Assembly (NCBI GenBank): GCA_963921275.4
Contig: OZ001293.3
Span: 1,216,001-1,280,000, forward strand
Direction of reading: 5' to 3'
Source: an uncultured Hormoscilla sp.
GTDB taxonomy: Bacteria > Cyanobacteriota > Cyanobacteriia > Cyanobacteriales > Desertifilaceae
Length of the DNA: 64,000 nt
Shown here: positions 1-11,181 of the stretch, piece after piece
Layout of the letters: each line of letters begins with the position of its first letter
Numbering within the stretch: the stretch's first letter is position 1
Position numbers and translations under genes: made by a program
The notes under the pieces: model-generated
What the model was told of the DNA's origin: nothing
Database searches by the model: none
Seen by the model: only the letters and a program-made list of their open reading frames with translations

Positions 1-685
1 GTACTCGCCGAAATCCGGGGAAAGTATCTCGACTCAGAAAGCGGCCCGTGGCCGGATCCATGTACCGAGCGCGCAAGTAGTCGATTCCTGTCACCGCATC
101 CCGTTGCTCTCCAGCAAAGAGATAATTGTTTTCGGTGTCCCCCGCCCGAGCGATAATCTGACCAAAGGCGTCATAACTGTACCGATCGCTTGCTAGGCCG
201 TTCTCGTCAGTTAGGACTCGCGTGCTGCCAAGTCCATCCACATGGTAGAAGGACTGCTCCCCGTCGCGCTCTTGGAAAATCAGGTCGTTCCCGTAAACGT
301 AGAATACTTCAGCAGCAACTCCTGGAGCGTACTCCTCTAAAACTTGAGCAAACGGCTGATTGGTGTCAATCAGGAATCGCATTTCTTGACCGCTGACGCT
401 CTGAGCGACCCGGATGCCGTCAGCATCATATTGATATTCGACGTTAGCTGTACCGTCTCCATCCGTGTCAGCACCAATCAGTCGATTCTCGAAATCCCAA
501 TTGTAGAAAACCTGCCCATCGGCATTGGTTTTGGAGAGGGTGTTGCCATTATTGTCATAAGTATAGGTCGTAACGACCGGATCTTTGACTTCCGAGAGCA
601 ACCGATCGTTGTCATCGTAACTGTAAACGGTTAGACCTTCTTGGGAATCATTGCGCTGCAAGCGGTTTCCGACTTCATCGTAGAT
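1..685 (-). pseudogene. RHS/YD-repeat protein, 3' part with RHS core; runs off the window start
   Basis: Manual minus-strand translation: IYDEVGNRLQ...YHVDGLGSTRVLTD...YSYDAFG...NNYLFAGEQRDAVTGIDYLRARYMDPATGRFLSRD (RHS core signature). Separated from the 5' part by an intron insertion. Confidence 0.9.
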
Positions 686-1602
686 GTGCGATTCGTTCAG
701 GCGTAAACTGGCGACGGTGAAGTCTGGTCTGGTTTCATTTGCCGGATAACTCTGGTTATCATGGGGGTTAAATTCCCTCTCCCCAGGTGTGGGGGGTCGA
801 GGGTACTACCGGTCCTTAGTGCTGCGGAGTCACATCGCCGTGGTGCTCCGCTAGGACTTAAATGTAGGATAGCTAGCAGCCTAAGCTAGTGACACCGCGC
901 TTGTTAGATGCTCATGGTTAGAACAGGCGAACCTGTGAAAGCCTCGTTAATAAGAACCAGCGGAATAAGGCTTATACGCTGGCCCAAAAGGGAAATGGCA
1001 GTTAGTGTTGGTAGTATTTGCTTACCAGCATCGCACTCGAAGAACTCCCGGGGTATAGCAGGAACCTAAAAGCATCGAGAAATGATACCAGGGAACGAAG
1101 TAACCTCACGTGAGCTGTCCCCATTTGGACCAGTTAGATGTAAAGCGCAAGCCGCGAAGAGGAAGGATGTTCTAAGAAGCCAACGCCTGGGGTAATGCCT
1201 GGGATATGCAGACGTAGGACGGATATGGTAAGAAGCCTTTGGTGAAAGTAGCCCTAACACGTCGCAAAACTTAGGAGAAATCCAAAAGTATGAATATGGA
1301 CTAGAGTCTCAGCCGGGTAAAGTTCAGAGCCCCGATAAATTGCCAGAATGGGGAAATGTTAGAGAAGAGCGGCTAGAATGGTTTGCTGAACTACCCTCCG
1401 CGCACGCTGCGCGATCGCGCAGCGCATCATTAACGGTCCAATAGGATTGACCATAAGGGGTAAAATTACAGAGGGTAAGGGGAATACGGGGTGACCTAAT
1501 TATTAATGATGATATGCCTAAGGACAAGCCCCAGCGGTGAAAGTCGCAAGTCCGGTTCCGCTCTTGGAGGGTTGGGGAGTGATTCCCAGCTCGACCCCGA
1601 CC
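686..1602 (+). mobile_element. ORF-less group II intron (IIB-like), antisense inside the RHS gene
   Basis: 5' GTGCGATTCGTT at 686. Domain V-like AGCCCCAGCGGTGAAAGTCGCAAGTCCGGTTC (~1527-1558). Domain VI GGAGGGTTGGGGAG...CCCAGCTCGACCCCGACC. Removing 686-1602 restores the RHS frame (ISY|IYDEVGNR). No RT ORF inside. Confidence 0.9.
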
Positions 1603-2707
1603 ATAGGAGATGCTTCGACTCGGACTGGTTGCGCCCGGAGCAAAAATATCTTCGCGAATCAGTCGCCCCAGTCCATCGTAGGCGTATTCAACTCGACGTC
1701 CGTCCCCTTCATCTACAGCAATTCGATTGCCAGCTTCGTCAAAAGTGTAATGGAAGCTGGCGATCGCGCCGTCAGTACCTGTAATCTCCACCGACAGAAC
1801 TTGGTTCAAATCGTCGTAGTCGCGAGTTTCAACAGTTCCGTTGGGTAATTCCGTCCGAACTAGGTTGCCAACTGCATCGTAGCTGTATGTTGTTACCCCA
1901 CCGTTGGGATCCGTCACCGTTTTCAATCGATTTAGTGCATCGTAACTGTAACTTGTCGTGCCAGAAGCAGTCGTCACCTCCTGTAGGTTTCCAGCAAAGT
2001 CATAGTTGTAGGATACGGTCCGCCCGTCGGGGTCGGTGCGTTCTAAGAGTCGATCGCGAGCATCGTATTTATAGGTTGTTGTTCCTAGGGGAGTTGTCGC
2101 CGTTTCGCGCTGACCGACAAGGGTATATGTAAACTCAGCGGAGGTGCCGTCTGGAAGCTCCTTAGTGACTAGACGATTTAAGGCATCGTATTCAAAATTT
2201 ATGGTGTTGCCGTTAAAATCAGTAACGCTCGCTACGTTACCTACAGCGTCATAAGTTGTACTCGATTCCTGTCCCAATGGGAGCTTCGTGCCAATGCGAT
2301 GTCCGAGATCGCTATATTCAAATTGCGTAGTGTTTCCGTTAGCGTCAAGTTGAGCAATCAAGTGGCTGCGCGAATTGTACTCGTATTCTGTGCGTCCGCC
2401 GAGACTGTCGATAGCTGCTGTCAGGCGACCGATGGCATCGTACTCAAAACGGGTCGATCTTCCACCTCGATCGGTTTCTGAAATAATTAATCCTCGATCG
2501 TCGAAGGTCGTGGATGTGGAGGTGCCATCGGCAAATCGGCGTCCAATCACGCGACCTATTGGATCGTATAGGATTTCGGTAGTTCGTCCGAGTGCGTCTG
2601 TTTGAGTAATCTGGCGACCTGCTTTGTCGTAGTTAAAAAGCGTTTCGTTGCCCAGAGCATCTCGAATAACTTTTTGGTTTCCGGCTGCATCATACTGGAA
2701 CCCTCTT
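1603..2707 (-). pseudogene. RHS/YD-repeat protein, middle part, 5'-truncated
   Basis: Many YD repeats (YDAIGRL, YDAVGN, YDALNRL). The frame stays open upstream of 2550 (FQYDAAGNQKVIRDALGNET...) until it abuts the ParB fragment. Confidence 0.9.
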
Positions 2708-2972
2708 CATCAGTCAATTCTTTAATCTTCACCGGAACTTCCGTCAAACCCGCCTCTTGTGCCGCCCGATAGCGTCTTTCGCCCACAACTAATTCATATT
2801 CGCTCTCGTTAAGGGGGCGAACCAAAAGATTTTCTAAAATCCCATTGTGCTTTACTGACTCTGTTAGCTGTGCTAATTTCTCTGGGTCAAAATATCGTCT
2901 TGGCTGTTGTGCGGCTAGTTTAATCGCATTAATCGGTAAGGTAATGGCTCTTTTTCCTCTGCTATCAGTCAT
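2703..2972 (-). pseudogene. parB: ParB/Spo0J N-terminal domain fragment
   Basis: QPRRYFD...GILENLLVRP...GERRYRAA motifs. HTH and C-terminal parts are missing, replaced by out-of-frame RHS sequence. Confidence 0.85.
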
Positions 2973-3219
2973 AAGCCTATTGATTTCAATTTCCTTAATT
3001 TATACATTTTCCTATTTACATGTCTTTAAATCAATTTCTAGCTAACTGGACTCGGCGTTTTTCTTTGGATAACTGCTTGTCATCAGCGGATTTGGACCCG
3101 ATCTACCGACCATGGGCAATTCTCGGAATCCTACGGGCTGTAAGCCACTCTAAACAATGGTTTCAGCTTTTCAGCTAGGTCGTTTTTCACGAGTTATTCG
3201 CACTCTCCGGTGGCTAATC

Positions 3220-3247
3220 AGTTTACCCATAACGTTATGGGTAAACT
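3220..3247. repeat. Perfect 28-bp palindrome AGTTTACCCATAACGTTATGGGTAAACT
   Basis: Directly visible; no loop and no T-tail. Confidence 0.85.
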
Positions 3248-3369
3248 ACACCCTCGGTTTCTGTCTGGATTATAACTGAAGATCGGCATTCGTGACAAAT
3301 GATAGGTGTGCATCTCAGTATTTGCCAAAACACAATGGCTTTCCTTGCGGCTTTCCTGACGAGCCCGTC

Positions 3370-3672
3370 CTGGAGGCATGGGCCACACGGATTGATGGCA
3401 TTAGCTTTGTGGCTACCGAGCGTGCGATCGCGGCGGCCCAAAAGCAAGCACTCCGCCTTGCTACCCAGGACGCCCAGGAACAAGCCGATGCCGTTTTAGC
3501 CGCCTTAAATCTCACCCGCCGGGAAATTATCAGCATCCAAATCAATGGAGCCAGGGCACCCGTATTTGAGCGTAAGGCTCGGGGAAGATCGCAAATGGCT
3601 GACATTGCTACACCCGTAGTGAGAGGTGAGCAGCAAGTGACAGCCTCCGTCACCTTAGTTGTGCGTTACTGA
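3370..3672 (+). pseudogene. SIMPL (DUF541) protein, C-terminal remnant
   Basis: RIDGISF...AQKQALRLATQDAQEQADAVL...TPVVRGEQQVTASVTL; N-terminal half absent. Confidence 0.75.
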
Positions 3673-3687
3673 GGCCATCTCCAGGGG

Positions 3688-4056
3688 CTAAAACTCTTCG
3701 CTGCTGCCATATTCAGCGGCCATCGCTTCCGTATCCCGCTTAGAACCCAATAAATCCAGCCGGTCTACATTAATAATTGGTGTCGATCGCATCGCTCCTG
3801 TATTGTAGTCTTGCCATTGGTTAAACCTTAAGGAACCTGTAACACCAATCAAGCTGCCCTTGCGGACATAGTTACTAGCTACCTCTGCAATCTTGCCCCA
3901 CAAGTCTAAGTTAAACCAGTCCGGTTGATCTGTTTTACGGCTGTGGCGATTGACTGCTAGGGTTAGCCTACACTTTACCGCTCCTGACTCATAATACTTA
4001 ACTTCAGGATCTCCTCCTACGCGCCCTACCAGATGAACAATATTAAGATTCATCAT
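3688..4056 (-). CDS. ssb: Single-stranded DNA-binding protein
   Basis: NIVHLVGRVGGDPE...DWFNLDLWGK...KGSLIGVTG OB-fold; short cyanobacterial form. Confidence 0.95.
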   Translation of the reverse strand: MMNLNIVHLVGRVGGDPEVKYYESGAVKCRLTLAVNRHSRKTDQPDWFNLDLWGKIAEVASNYVRKGSLIGVTGSLRFNQWQDYNTGAMRSTPIINVDRLDLLGSKRDTEAMAAEYGSSEEF

Positions 4057-4659
4057 ATTTTCTGTACCTCTGCATCTTTGGTAACTTTTTAGTCAAAGCG
4101 GCAACTTTTGGCGAGCGACACTAGCACTTTCCTGTCGGCTCTGCTGTCAGAGTTGCGCCGCACAGCTATATAATACGCTATACTCCCACTTCCACTCCAC
4201 AACTCGAGCAGTCGAATTGTTTGGCTCTGCCTGTACCGGAAAACTGATGAGAGATGCCTAGACTATAAATCGTGGACTGTACAAAATTTCATCAAAATTC
4301 CCAGTTTGACCGATCTGGTATAAAAATGGGTACGTCTTGTCCTCTCTTCTCTGGCCAGAGGTGGCGAGCGAGCGCAATTTTAGTCAGCGAGATAATATAT
4401 TATACCTCTTGCAAAAGTTGATTTTGACTACGCAATAGCAATACTTTCAGCACCCATTTTGGCATTTATGCAAGAGATACATTATAGCACTACCAATCTG
4501 GGTTTGTGGCAATGAGTGCCCAGATCGGATAGGAGTGATGTGACCAATTCTCGATTGGTGGCTGACTAGACTCGGTCGAAAAAAAATCATAAAATCGGGC
4601 TCGGTTAGATTACAGATCAGTAGCAAAGGATAAAATAGCATTTAGGGGCGTAGAAACTG

Positions 4660-5694
4660 GTGGGTATTTTCAGTCGTTTTTCACAGGACATGGGTATCGA
4701 CCTCGGTACCGCTAACACATTGGTTTATGTATCCGGTAAAGGCATTGTGCTGCAAGAGCCGTCTGTGGTAGCCCTAGACCGGGAGACGAAAGCGGCCTTG
4801 GCTGTAGGGGAAGACGCCAAAAAAATGTTGGGACGTACTCCAGGAAATGTGGAAACTTTCCGGCCACTGCGGGATGGCGTGATTGCTGACTTCGACACCG
4901 CAGAACTGATGATCAAGCATTTTATCGAGCGAGTGCATGAAGGCAGAACCGGCTTAATCGCACCCCGAATTGTGATTGGCATTCCCAGCGGCGTCACCGG
5001 GGTAGAAAGGCGGGCTGTCATGGAAGCAGCTGCTCAGGCAGGGGCGAGAGATGTATATCTGATTGAAGAACCGGTAGCAGCGGCCATCGGGGCTGGGCTA
5101 CCGGTAGCCGAACCCACTGGTAATATGATTATTGATATTGGCGGTGGCACGACGGAAGTAGCAGTTCTGAGTTTGCAAGGGACGGTAATCAGCGAGTCAG
5201 TGCGGATTGCTGGGGATGAGTTAACTGATTCTATCATCATGTACATGAAAAAAATCTATAACCTGACGGTGGGAGAGCGAACTGCTGAAGAAATCAAGAT
5301 TCAGATTGGTTCGGCTTACCCAACGATGAATATTGATGAGGGGTCAATGGAGGTGCGGGGTCTACACTTGCTCTCTGGTTTGCCGAGAACTGTGAGCATC
5401 AAAGCCCCAGAAATCCGCGAAAGCATGTTGGAACCCTTGTCGATGATTATCGAAGCTGTAAAGCGGACTCTAGAACGGACGCCGCCGGAACTGGCAGCAG
5501 ATATTATTGACCGTGGCATTATGTTGGCTGGAGGCGGTGCCTTATTGAAGGGGCTAGATACCCTGATCGCTCACGAAACGGGAATTGTCACCCATGTGGC
5601 AGCCGACCCCCTCAGCTGTGTGGTTTTGGGGACAGGTCGGGTGTTGGAAAACTTTAAGCAACTCAAACGGGTGGTTAGCCCCCGTCGTAGGTAG
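4660..5694 (+). CDS. mreB: Rod shape-determining protein MreB
   Basis: DMGIDLGTANT, DIGGGTT, LAGGGALL actin-like motifs. Confidence 0.98.
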   Translation: MGIFSRFSQDMGIDLGTANTLVYVSGKGIVLQEPSVVALDRETKAALAVGEDAKKMLGRTPGNVETFRPLRDGVIADFDTAELMIKHFIERVHEGRTGLIAPRIVIGIPSGVTGVERRAVMEAAAQAGARDVYLIEEPVAAAIGAGLPVAEPTGNMIIDIGGGTTEVAVLSLQGTVISESVRIAGDELTDSIIMYMKKIYNLTVGERTAEEIKIQIGSAYPTMNIDEGSMEVRGLHLLSGLPRTVSIKAPEIRESMLEPLSMIIEAVKRTLERTPPELAADIIDRGIMLAGGGALLKGLDTLIAHETGIVTHVAADPLSCVVLGTGRVLENFKQLKRVVSPRRR

Positions 5695-5705
5695 TGGTCA
5701 TTCCG

Positions 5706-5857
5706 GTAGTGATTTGACTACGGTCCTGTGTCCCCCCTCGTTCCCACGGCTCTGCCTGGGAACGTGCGAATAGCGCAGGCGCTGCGCGCACCGACAGGCT
5801 ACCGCGAGATCCCGGGGGACACAGCCCGCCCTGGGTTTCAGGCGCTAAAATCACTAC
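5706..5857. repeat. Composite nested palindromic repeat (REP/MITE-like)
   Basis: Outer IR GTAGTGATTT/AAATCACTAC; inner IR CTGTGTCCCCC/GGGGGACACAG (also at ~26790-26832); internal CTCGTTCCC..GGGAACG motif (similar at ~25300). Confidence 0.7.
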
Positions 5858-5899
5858 TTGTGACCCACTACCCCGTCGTACTCTATAGAAAGAAGTTGA

Positions 5900-6679
5900 A
5901 TGTATACAGTGAGTCGCTGGTGGGACCGGAATTGGTTGATTATTGTCCTGATAAGTATGGCCCTGGGTTCGGCTTTGTATCTGCGCCAGACTCAGGGGAG
6001 ATTAATTTTGGAAATGTACCAGTTGGTCGTTGGTCCTTTACCATCTCCGCCAACTCTCGAAGAAAGGTTGATAAATGCCAAAATTCTGGAGTTGCAAGCT
6101 TCGTTGGAGGAACTAGATAGCCAAAATCAAGAGTTAAGAGCGCTCTTGGACTATCAAAATCCCACCGGCAAGCGGCAAATTATAGCTCCGATCGTCGGAC
6201 GGAGTGCAGACCATTGGTGGAAACAGATTATCCTGGGTCGAGGGAGTAATGATGGAATCAAAAAGGGCTTTGTGGTTACTGGTACTGGTGGATTGGTGGG
6301 TCGGGTAATCGATGTGACGTCCCATACTAGCCGCATCCTGTTGATCAGCGATCCTACCAGTAGGGTGGGTGTCAATATCAAAGTCGGAAGTCGCCGCTAT
6401 ATGGGTTTTATCCGCGGACTTGGCAATGATAAAGCTGTGATGGAATTCTTTGATAAGATGCCTAATATTCGTCCTGGTTATAAGGCTTATACTTCGGTTG
6501 TTTCTCAGCTGTTTCCACCGGGTCTGCTGGTGGGAGTCGTGGAGTCGGTGGATCTGAACAAAAGTCCAGCACCGGAGGCGGTACTCCGGCTTTCTGCGCC
6601 TATTAGTCATTTACAATGGGCGATCGTATTGGAAAGTCAGCCGCGACTTGACCTATATCTTGGATATCCAGACCTTTGA
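5900..6679 (+). CDS. mreC: Rod shape-determining protein MreC
   Basis: N-terminal TM helix, coiled coil, GLVGRV and FPPGLLVG motifs; synteny with mreB. Confidence 0.95.
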   Translation: MYTVSRWWDRNWLIIVLISMALGSALYLRQTQGRLILEMYQLVVGPLPSPPTLEERLINAKILELQASLEELDSQNQELRALLDYQNPTGKRQIIAPIVGRSADHWWKQIILGRGSNDGIKKGFVVTGTGGLVGRVIDVTSHTSRILLISDPTSRVGVNIKVGSRRYMGFIRGLGNDKAVMEFFDKMPNIRPGYKAYTSVVSQLFPPGLLVGVVESVDLNKSPAPEAVLRLSAPISHLQWAIVLESQPRLDLYLGYPDL

Positions 6680-7263
6680 AGAAGTTGTCGTTTCTTTTCC
6701 ATCCCCGAGTCCGTCCCTTTGCCAACGTGATGGTAACGGTTGGCTCTGTTATTGTTTGTTTAATGCTATCCCTAACTCGCCTGCCTGGTATGGAATTATT
6801 GGGCATTGGCCCCAATTGGCTGCTGATTTGGGTGGTGGCTTGGAGTGTTAAGCGTACAGCTTGGCAGGGCGCGATCGCGGCTATTGTTTTGGGTTTGATT
6901 CAAGATGGCTTGACTGCACCTAACCCTTTGATTCATAATGGGTTGACTTCTGTGCATCCCTCTCACTCCCTCAGTCTTGTCTTAGTGGGAATTTTCACGG
7001 CTCGTCTTCAGAAACAGCGCTATCTGAGAGAAGATTTTATTTCTGTAGCTCTGATTGTTTTTGCCATGGTCCTGCTGGCGGAAACGGAGATCGCGCTGCA
7101 GTTCCTTTTCCTGGGCGATCAGGACGTCTCTGTTATTTGGACGGAACACCAACGCATTGCTCTTTGTTCTGCTATCCTCAGTAGTCTCTGGGCTCCCGTT
7201 GTTTATTTTCCTCTCAATAATTGGTGGCAGCATATCCAGCATTTAAACAAATCTCAAACGTGA
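6676..7263 (+). CDS. mreD: Rod shape-determining protein MreD
   Basis: Hydrophobic protein with PNWLLIWVVAWS and GLIQDGLT; overlaps the mreC stop. Confidence 0.93.
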   Translation: MKKLSFLFHPRVRPFANVMVTVGSVIVCLMLSLTRLPGMELLGIGPNWLLIWVVAWSVKRTAWQGAIAAIVLGLIQDGLTAPNPLIHNGLTSVHPSHSLSLVLVGIFTARLQKQRYLREDFISVALIVFAMVLLAETEIALQFLFLGDQDVSVIWTEHQRIALCSAILSSLWAPVVYFPLNNWWQHIQHLNKSQT

Positions 7264-7267
7264 ATTG

Positions 7268-7729
7268 TTAATTGCTAGTTGCTTCCCGTTCTAATATTAG
7301 GGTTACGGGACCGTCGTTTTCGATCAAGACTTGCATCATTGCACCAAATTCTCCCGTTTCTACTTTTAATCCACTCTGCCGCAATAAGTCAACAAATTGT
7401 TCGTAAAGGATTTTTGCTGCTGCTGGGGCCGCTGATTTATCAAAGGAAGGACGCCGTCCTTTCCGACAGTCTCCGTAGAGGGTGAACTGACTAATTACCA
7501 GCAGTTCACCCTCTATTTCTTGGACTGATTTATGCCAACGATTATCGGGTCTTTCTGAGTCCGGAAATATCCTTAACTCTAGGCATTTTCGCGCCATCCA
7601 GTCTAGTTCTGCTTCTGTATCCGTGCTAGCAATTCCTACTAGCAGGTTTAACCCGCGCCCAATTTTGCCGATGATTTTACCATCGACTTCTACTTGGGAA
7701 GATTTGACTCGCTGGAGCACTACTCGCAT
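7268..7729 (-). CDS. dtd: D-aminoacyl-tRNA deacylase
   Basis: [20 protein letters not shown] motifs. Confidence 0.97.
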   Translation of the reverse strand: MRVVLQRVKSSQVEVDGKIIGKIGRGLNLLVGIASTDTEAELDWMARKCLELRIFPDSERPDNRWHKSVQEIEGELLVISQFTLYGDCRKGRRPSFDKSAAPAAAKILYEQFVDLLRQSGLKVETGEFGAMMQVLIENDGPVTLILEREATSN

Positions 7730-7784
7730 ATGTATTAGAGATAGTACGTTTCGCCCCGGGCAGACGAAACGCCCGCCCTACGTT

Positions 7785-8861
7785 TTAACGATTGGTGGAA
7801 GGCAGACAGAGACATTTTTCCAGTTGTGAGAGCAACTTTTCATGCTCTAAATCTTGACCAATTAATACTAGCTGGTTTTTGGGCTTACCCTTCCATTCCT
7901 CATCGTCGATGGAAAAGCGTTTGCCGCTGAGGTGGAAAATGTGACGCTTGGGACTTTCCTCAAACCAGAGAATTCCTTTCGCCCGGAAGATGTTAGACGG
8001 CAGTTGGTAGTCTAAGAAATCCTGAAATTTCTTAATCAAAAACGGGCGATCGCTCTGGAATGAGACTGAGGTAAACCCATCCTTCTCTAGGTGGTGCGAG
8101 TGATGGTCGTGGTCATGATGGTCATGATGGTGATGGTCGTGGTCATGGTCGTGGTCGTGATGATCATGGTCGTGGTCGTGACTGTGCTCTGATTCAGAGT
8201 GGAAATACTTATCTGACTCAAAGAGACCGACACTGAGAATTAAGGGCAGTTGTACTTTCGCCTGCTGGGTGCGCAGAATTCTCGCGTCGTTCTTGATATC
8301 GCGAATCCTCACTTCTAACCTATCTACATCTGCTTCGTCCACCAAGTCAGTCTTATTGAGCAAGATAATATCACCGTAGACAATTTGACTGTAGGCCGCT
8401 TCGCTGTCGAACAAATCTAGGCTGAAGTTCTCTGAGTCTACCACCGTGACGATCGAATCCAAACGGGTCATGTCTCGCAGTTCTGTTCCCAGGAAGGTGA
8501 GTGCTACTGGTAAGGGGTCTGCTAATCCCGTTGTCTCGACTACCAGGTAGTCTATCGCCTCTTGGCGTTCCAGAACTTTGTAGACTGCATCTATGAAGTC
8601 ATCGTTGATGGTGCAGCAAATACAGCCATTACTCAGCTCCACCATGTCATCATCTGTGGTAACGATCAGCTCATTGTCGATACCGAGTTCACCAAACTCA
8701 TTCACCAGCACCGCTGTCTTTAGTCCCTGCTGATTGCTGAGGATGTGGTTGAGCAGTGTTGTCTTGCCGCTACCGAGAAAACCCGTAATGATTGTAACTG
8801 GCAAGCCGTGTTTCGGGGCTGACATAGTCTGGGTAGGTTCTGAAATAACTGCTGATGTCAT
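7785..8861 (-). CDS. COG0523/CobW-family G3E metal-chaperone GTPase with His-rich tract
   Basis: ITGFLGSGKTT, NEFG, GCICC, ETTG, NKTD motifs and an (HD)n tract. Start placed at MTSAVISE. Confidence 0.93.
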   Translation of the reverse strand: MTSAVISEPTQTMSAPKHGLPVTIITGFLGSGKTTLLNHILSNQQGLKTAVLVNEFGELGIDNELIVTTDDDMVELSNGCICCTINDDFIDAVYKVLERQEAIDYLVVETTGLADPLPVALTFLGTELRDMTRLDSIVTVVDSENFSLDLFDSEAAYSQIVYGDIILLNKTDLVDEADVDRLEVRIRDIKNDARILRTQQAKVQLPLILSVGLFESDKYFHSESEHSHDHDHDHHDHDHDHDHHHHDHHDHDHHSHHLEKDGFTSVSFQSDRPFLIKKFQDFLDYQLPSNIFRAKGILWFEESPKRHIFHLSGKRFSIDDEEWKGKPKNQLVLIGQDLEHEKLLSQLEKCLCLPSTNR

Positions 8862-9195
8862 AGGAGGACTGTCAAAAACGTCATAAAATGGCCATTTACG
8901 GTTGCAGGGTCTCAATACCTGCTAATTTACCTATTATTACTCGGATCTGAGATATTGCACTATTAGATCTGCAGACAATGTTATTCGATCGCCCATCAAT
9001 CCCGTTTGGCGGTGCATCCAGGATCGTTCTAGGAGAGCAAGTAAAGGATGGGTAGGTCTTGTCAGCTGGGGACTCGGACTTATTCACAGCCGGTTATCGG
9101 ACCCCAGAAGCGCTGACTCTAGCGCTGGTGGCGATCGGGAAGCTGATTTGACTTATGACAAGATCGTAGGATATAACAACTGACTGTGCGATCTA

Positions 9196-11094
9196 ATGAA
9201 TAGCTCTCAAGCGGATGCACCACAAGGGAAAATTTTGCTCGTTGATGATACGCTCGATAACTTGCACCTTTTATCGGCGGTGCTGACCGAGCAAGGCTAT
9301 ATAGTTGATAGCGCCATGACCGGTTCTATGGCGTTGATGACGGCGAGGGCTACTGCGCCCAGTCTAATTTTGCTCGACATCAAAATGCCAGATATGAATG
9401 GCTATCAGGTCTGTCAAGCACTGAAGGCCGATCCGCAAACTCGCGATATCCCAGTAATTTTTCTGAGTGCTCTTGATGATGCGATCGATAAGGTAAAGGC
9501 TTTTGCTGTCGGTGGAGCCGATTATATCATTAAGCCATTTCAGTTTGAAGAGGTTTTGGCTCGCGTCCAGCATCAACTGACTATTCGCTACCTGCAAAAG
9601 CGACTGTTGGAACAAAATCTGCTCCTCCAGCAGGAAGTTCGCGATCGCATTGCTGCTGAGGCGGAGGTGCGCCAGTTTAACGCCCAACTGGAAGTTCTAG
9701 TCGGACAGCGCACTGCTCAGTTGGAAGCGACTAATCAAGAATTGAAAAAGGAAATCATCGAGCGCAAGCGGGCCCAACAGGAATTGCTGCGCTTGGCCAA
9801 GCATGACGATCTTACTGGTCTTCCTAATCGTAAGTTGTTCATGGAGCGACTGTCCGAAGCTCTGGGCCGCACTAAAGAGCAGCCGGATTATTTGTTTGCC
9901 GTGCTGTTTCTAGACTGTGATCGCTTTAAGGTCATCAATGATTCTCTCGGTCATATGGTGGGAGACGAGGTGCTAATTGAAGTTGCTCGTCGATTGGAAT
10001 CATGCGTGCGCTTGGTGGATACTCTAGCTCGTTTGGGAGGAGATGAGTTTGCGATTATTTTAGAGGAAATCCCAAATATCAGTGATGCTATGGATATGGC
10101 GGAGCAGATTCAGCAGGAATTAAGCTTTCCTGTTATAGTCGATCGAAGGGAGATCTTCATTAATGCCAGTATTGGTATTGTGCTGGGAAATCTGGGCTAC
10201 GATCTACCCGAACATCTGCTGCGGGATGCGGATACGGCCATGTTTCGTGCTAAAGCCCTGGGTAAAGCCAGCTATCACGTGTTCGATGCCAATCTGCACG
10301 CCCATGTTTTAGCTCGCTTGCAGTTGGAAACTGACCTGCGACGGGCTATTGAACGGGAAGATTTCGTGCTTTACTATCAACCGATTATCTCCTTGATTAC
10401 TGGGGAGATTACTGGCTTTGAGGCTCTCGTTCGCTGGCATCATCCCGATCTGGGTTTGGTCTCTCCTCTGAAGTTTATCCCAGCTGCTGAAGAAACGGGG
10501 TTGATTGTGCCGATCGGCACCTGGGTATTGCAGGAAGCTTGTCGCCAGCTGCGCCTGTGGTTGCGAGCGGGTTTTCTGCAATTTCCGTTAAAGATGATTG
10601 TTAATCTTTCGGTGAAGCAGTTTTCCCAACCTAATCTGATTTCCCAGATTGACCATATTCTCTCTCTGACTGAACTGGATGGTTCTAGCTTAAATCTGGA
10701 GATTACGGAAAGCGCGATTATGGACAATGCTAAATCGGCTACATCTCTACTCAAAGAGATCCGTTCTCGTCGCATTCAACTGAGTATTGATGATTTCGGC
10801 ACTGGTTATTCCTCTTTGAGCTATCTGCACCGCTTTCCTATTAATACTTTGAAGATCGACCGCTCTTTTGTCAATCGCATTGGTGTCAATGGTGAAAATA
10901 TCGGAATTGTTCAGGCGAGCGTCACTCTGGCTGATAATCTGGGTATGGATGTGGTGGCGGAGGGCGTGGAAACAGCCCATCAATTAGCACAACTGAGGGC
11001 TTTGGGATGTGAGTCAGGTCAGAGATACTTTTTCTCTCAGCCTTTGGATAGTGAATCTGCAAGTGAAATTATCGCGGCACACCCTCATTGGTAA
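9196..11094 (+). CDS. Response regulator with GGDEF and EAL domains
   Basis: REC domain (LLVDD..LLDIKMP..KP), [23 protein letters not shown]. The late EAL motif reads GQRY instead of the usual GQGY. Confidence 0.95.
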   Translation: MNSSQADAPQGKILLVDDTLDNLHLLSAVLTEQGYIVDSAMTGSMALMTARATAPSLILLDIKMPDMNGYQVCQALKADPQTRDIPVIFLSALDDAIDKVKAFAVGGADYIIKPFQFEEVLARVQHQLTIRYLQKRLLEQNLLLQQEVRDRIAAEAEVRQFNAQLEVLVGQRTAQLEATNQELKKEIIERKRAQQELLRLAKHDDLTGLPNRKLFMERLSEALGRTKEQPDYLFAVLFLDCDRFKVINDSLGHMVGDEVLIEVARRLESCVRLVDTLARLGGDEFAIILEEIPNISDAMDMAEQIQQELSFPVIVDRREIFINASIGIVLGNLGYDLPEHLLRDADTAMFRAKALGKASYHVFDANLHAHVLARLQLETDLRRAIEREDFVLYYQPIISLITGEITGFEALVRWHHPDLGLVSPLKFIPAAEETGLIVPIGTWVLQEACRQLRLWLRAGFLQFPLKMIVNLSVKQFSQPNLISQIDHILSLTELDGSSLNLEITESAIMDNAKSATSLLKEIRSRRIQLSIDDFGTGYSSLSYLHRFPINTLKIDRSFVNRIGVNGENIGIVQASVTLADNLGMDVVAEGVETAHQLAQLRALGCESGQRYFFSQPLDSESASEIIAAHPHW

Positions 11095-11181
11095 TCTGGT
11101 TTGAGAATTGTCAATTCTCAATTGTGACTCGACAATCTAATAATTCATCCGTACCTCCTTTTTCCATTCACAATTTTCCAT

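Noticed and set aside
1324..1602. C-terminal tail of the 408-aa RHS ORF as a toxin domain
   Set aside because: It is read-through into the antisense intron; the real RHS continuation is 685 to 1.
8095..8190. Low-complexity repeat DNA
   Set aside because: Encodes the His/Asp tract usual in COG0523 proteins.
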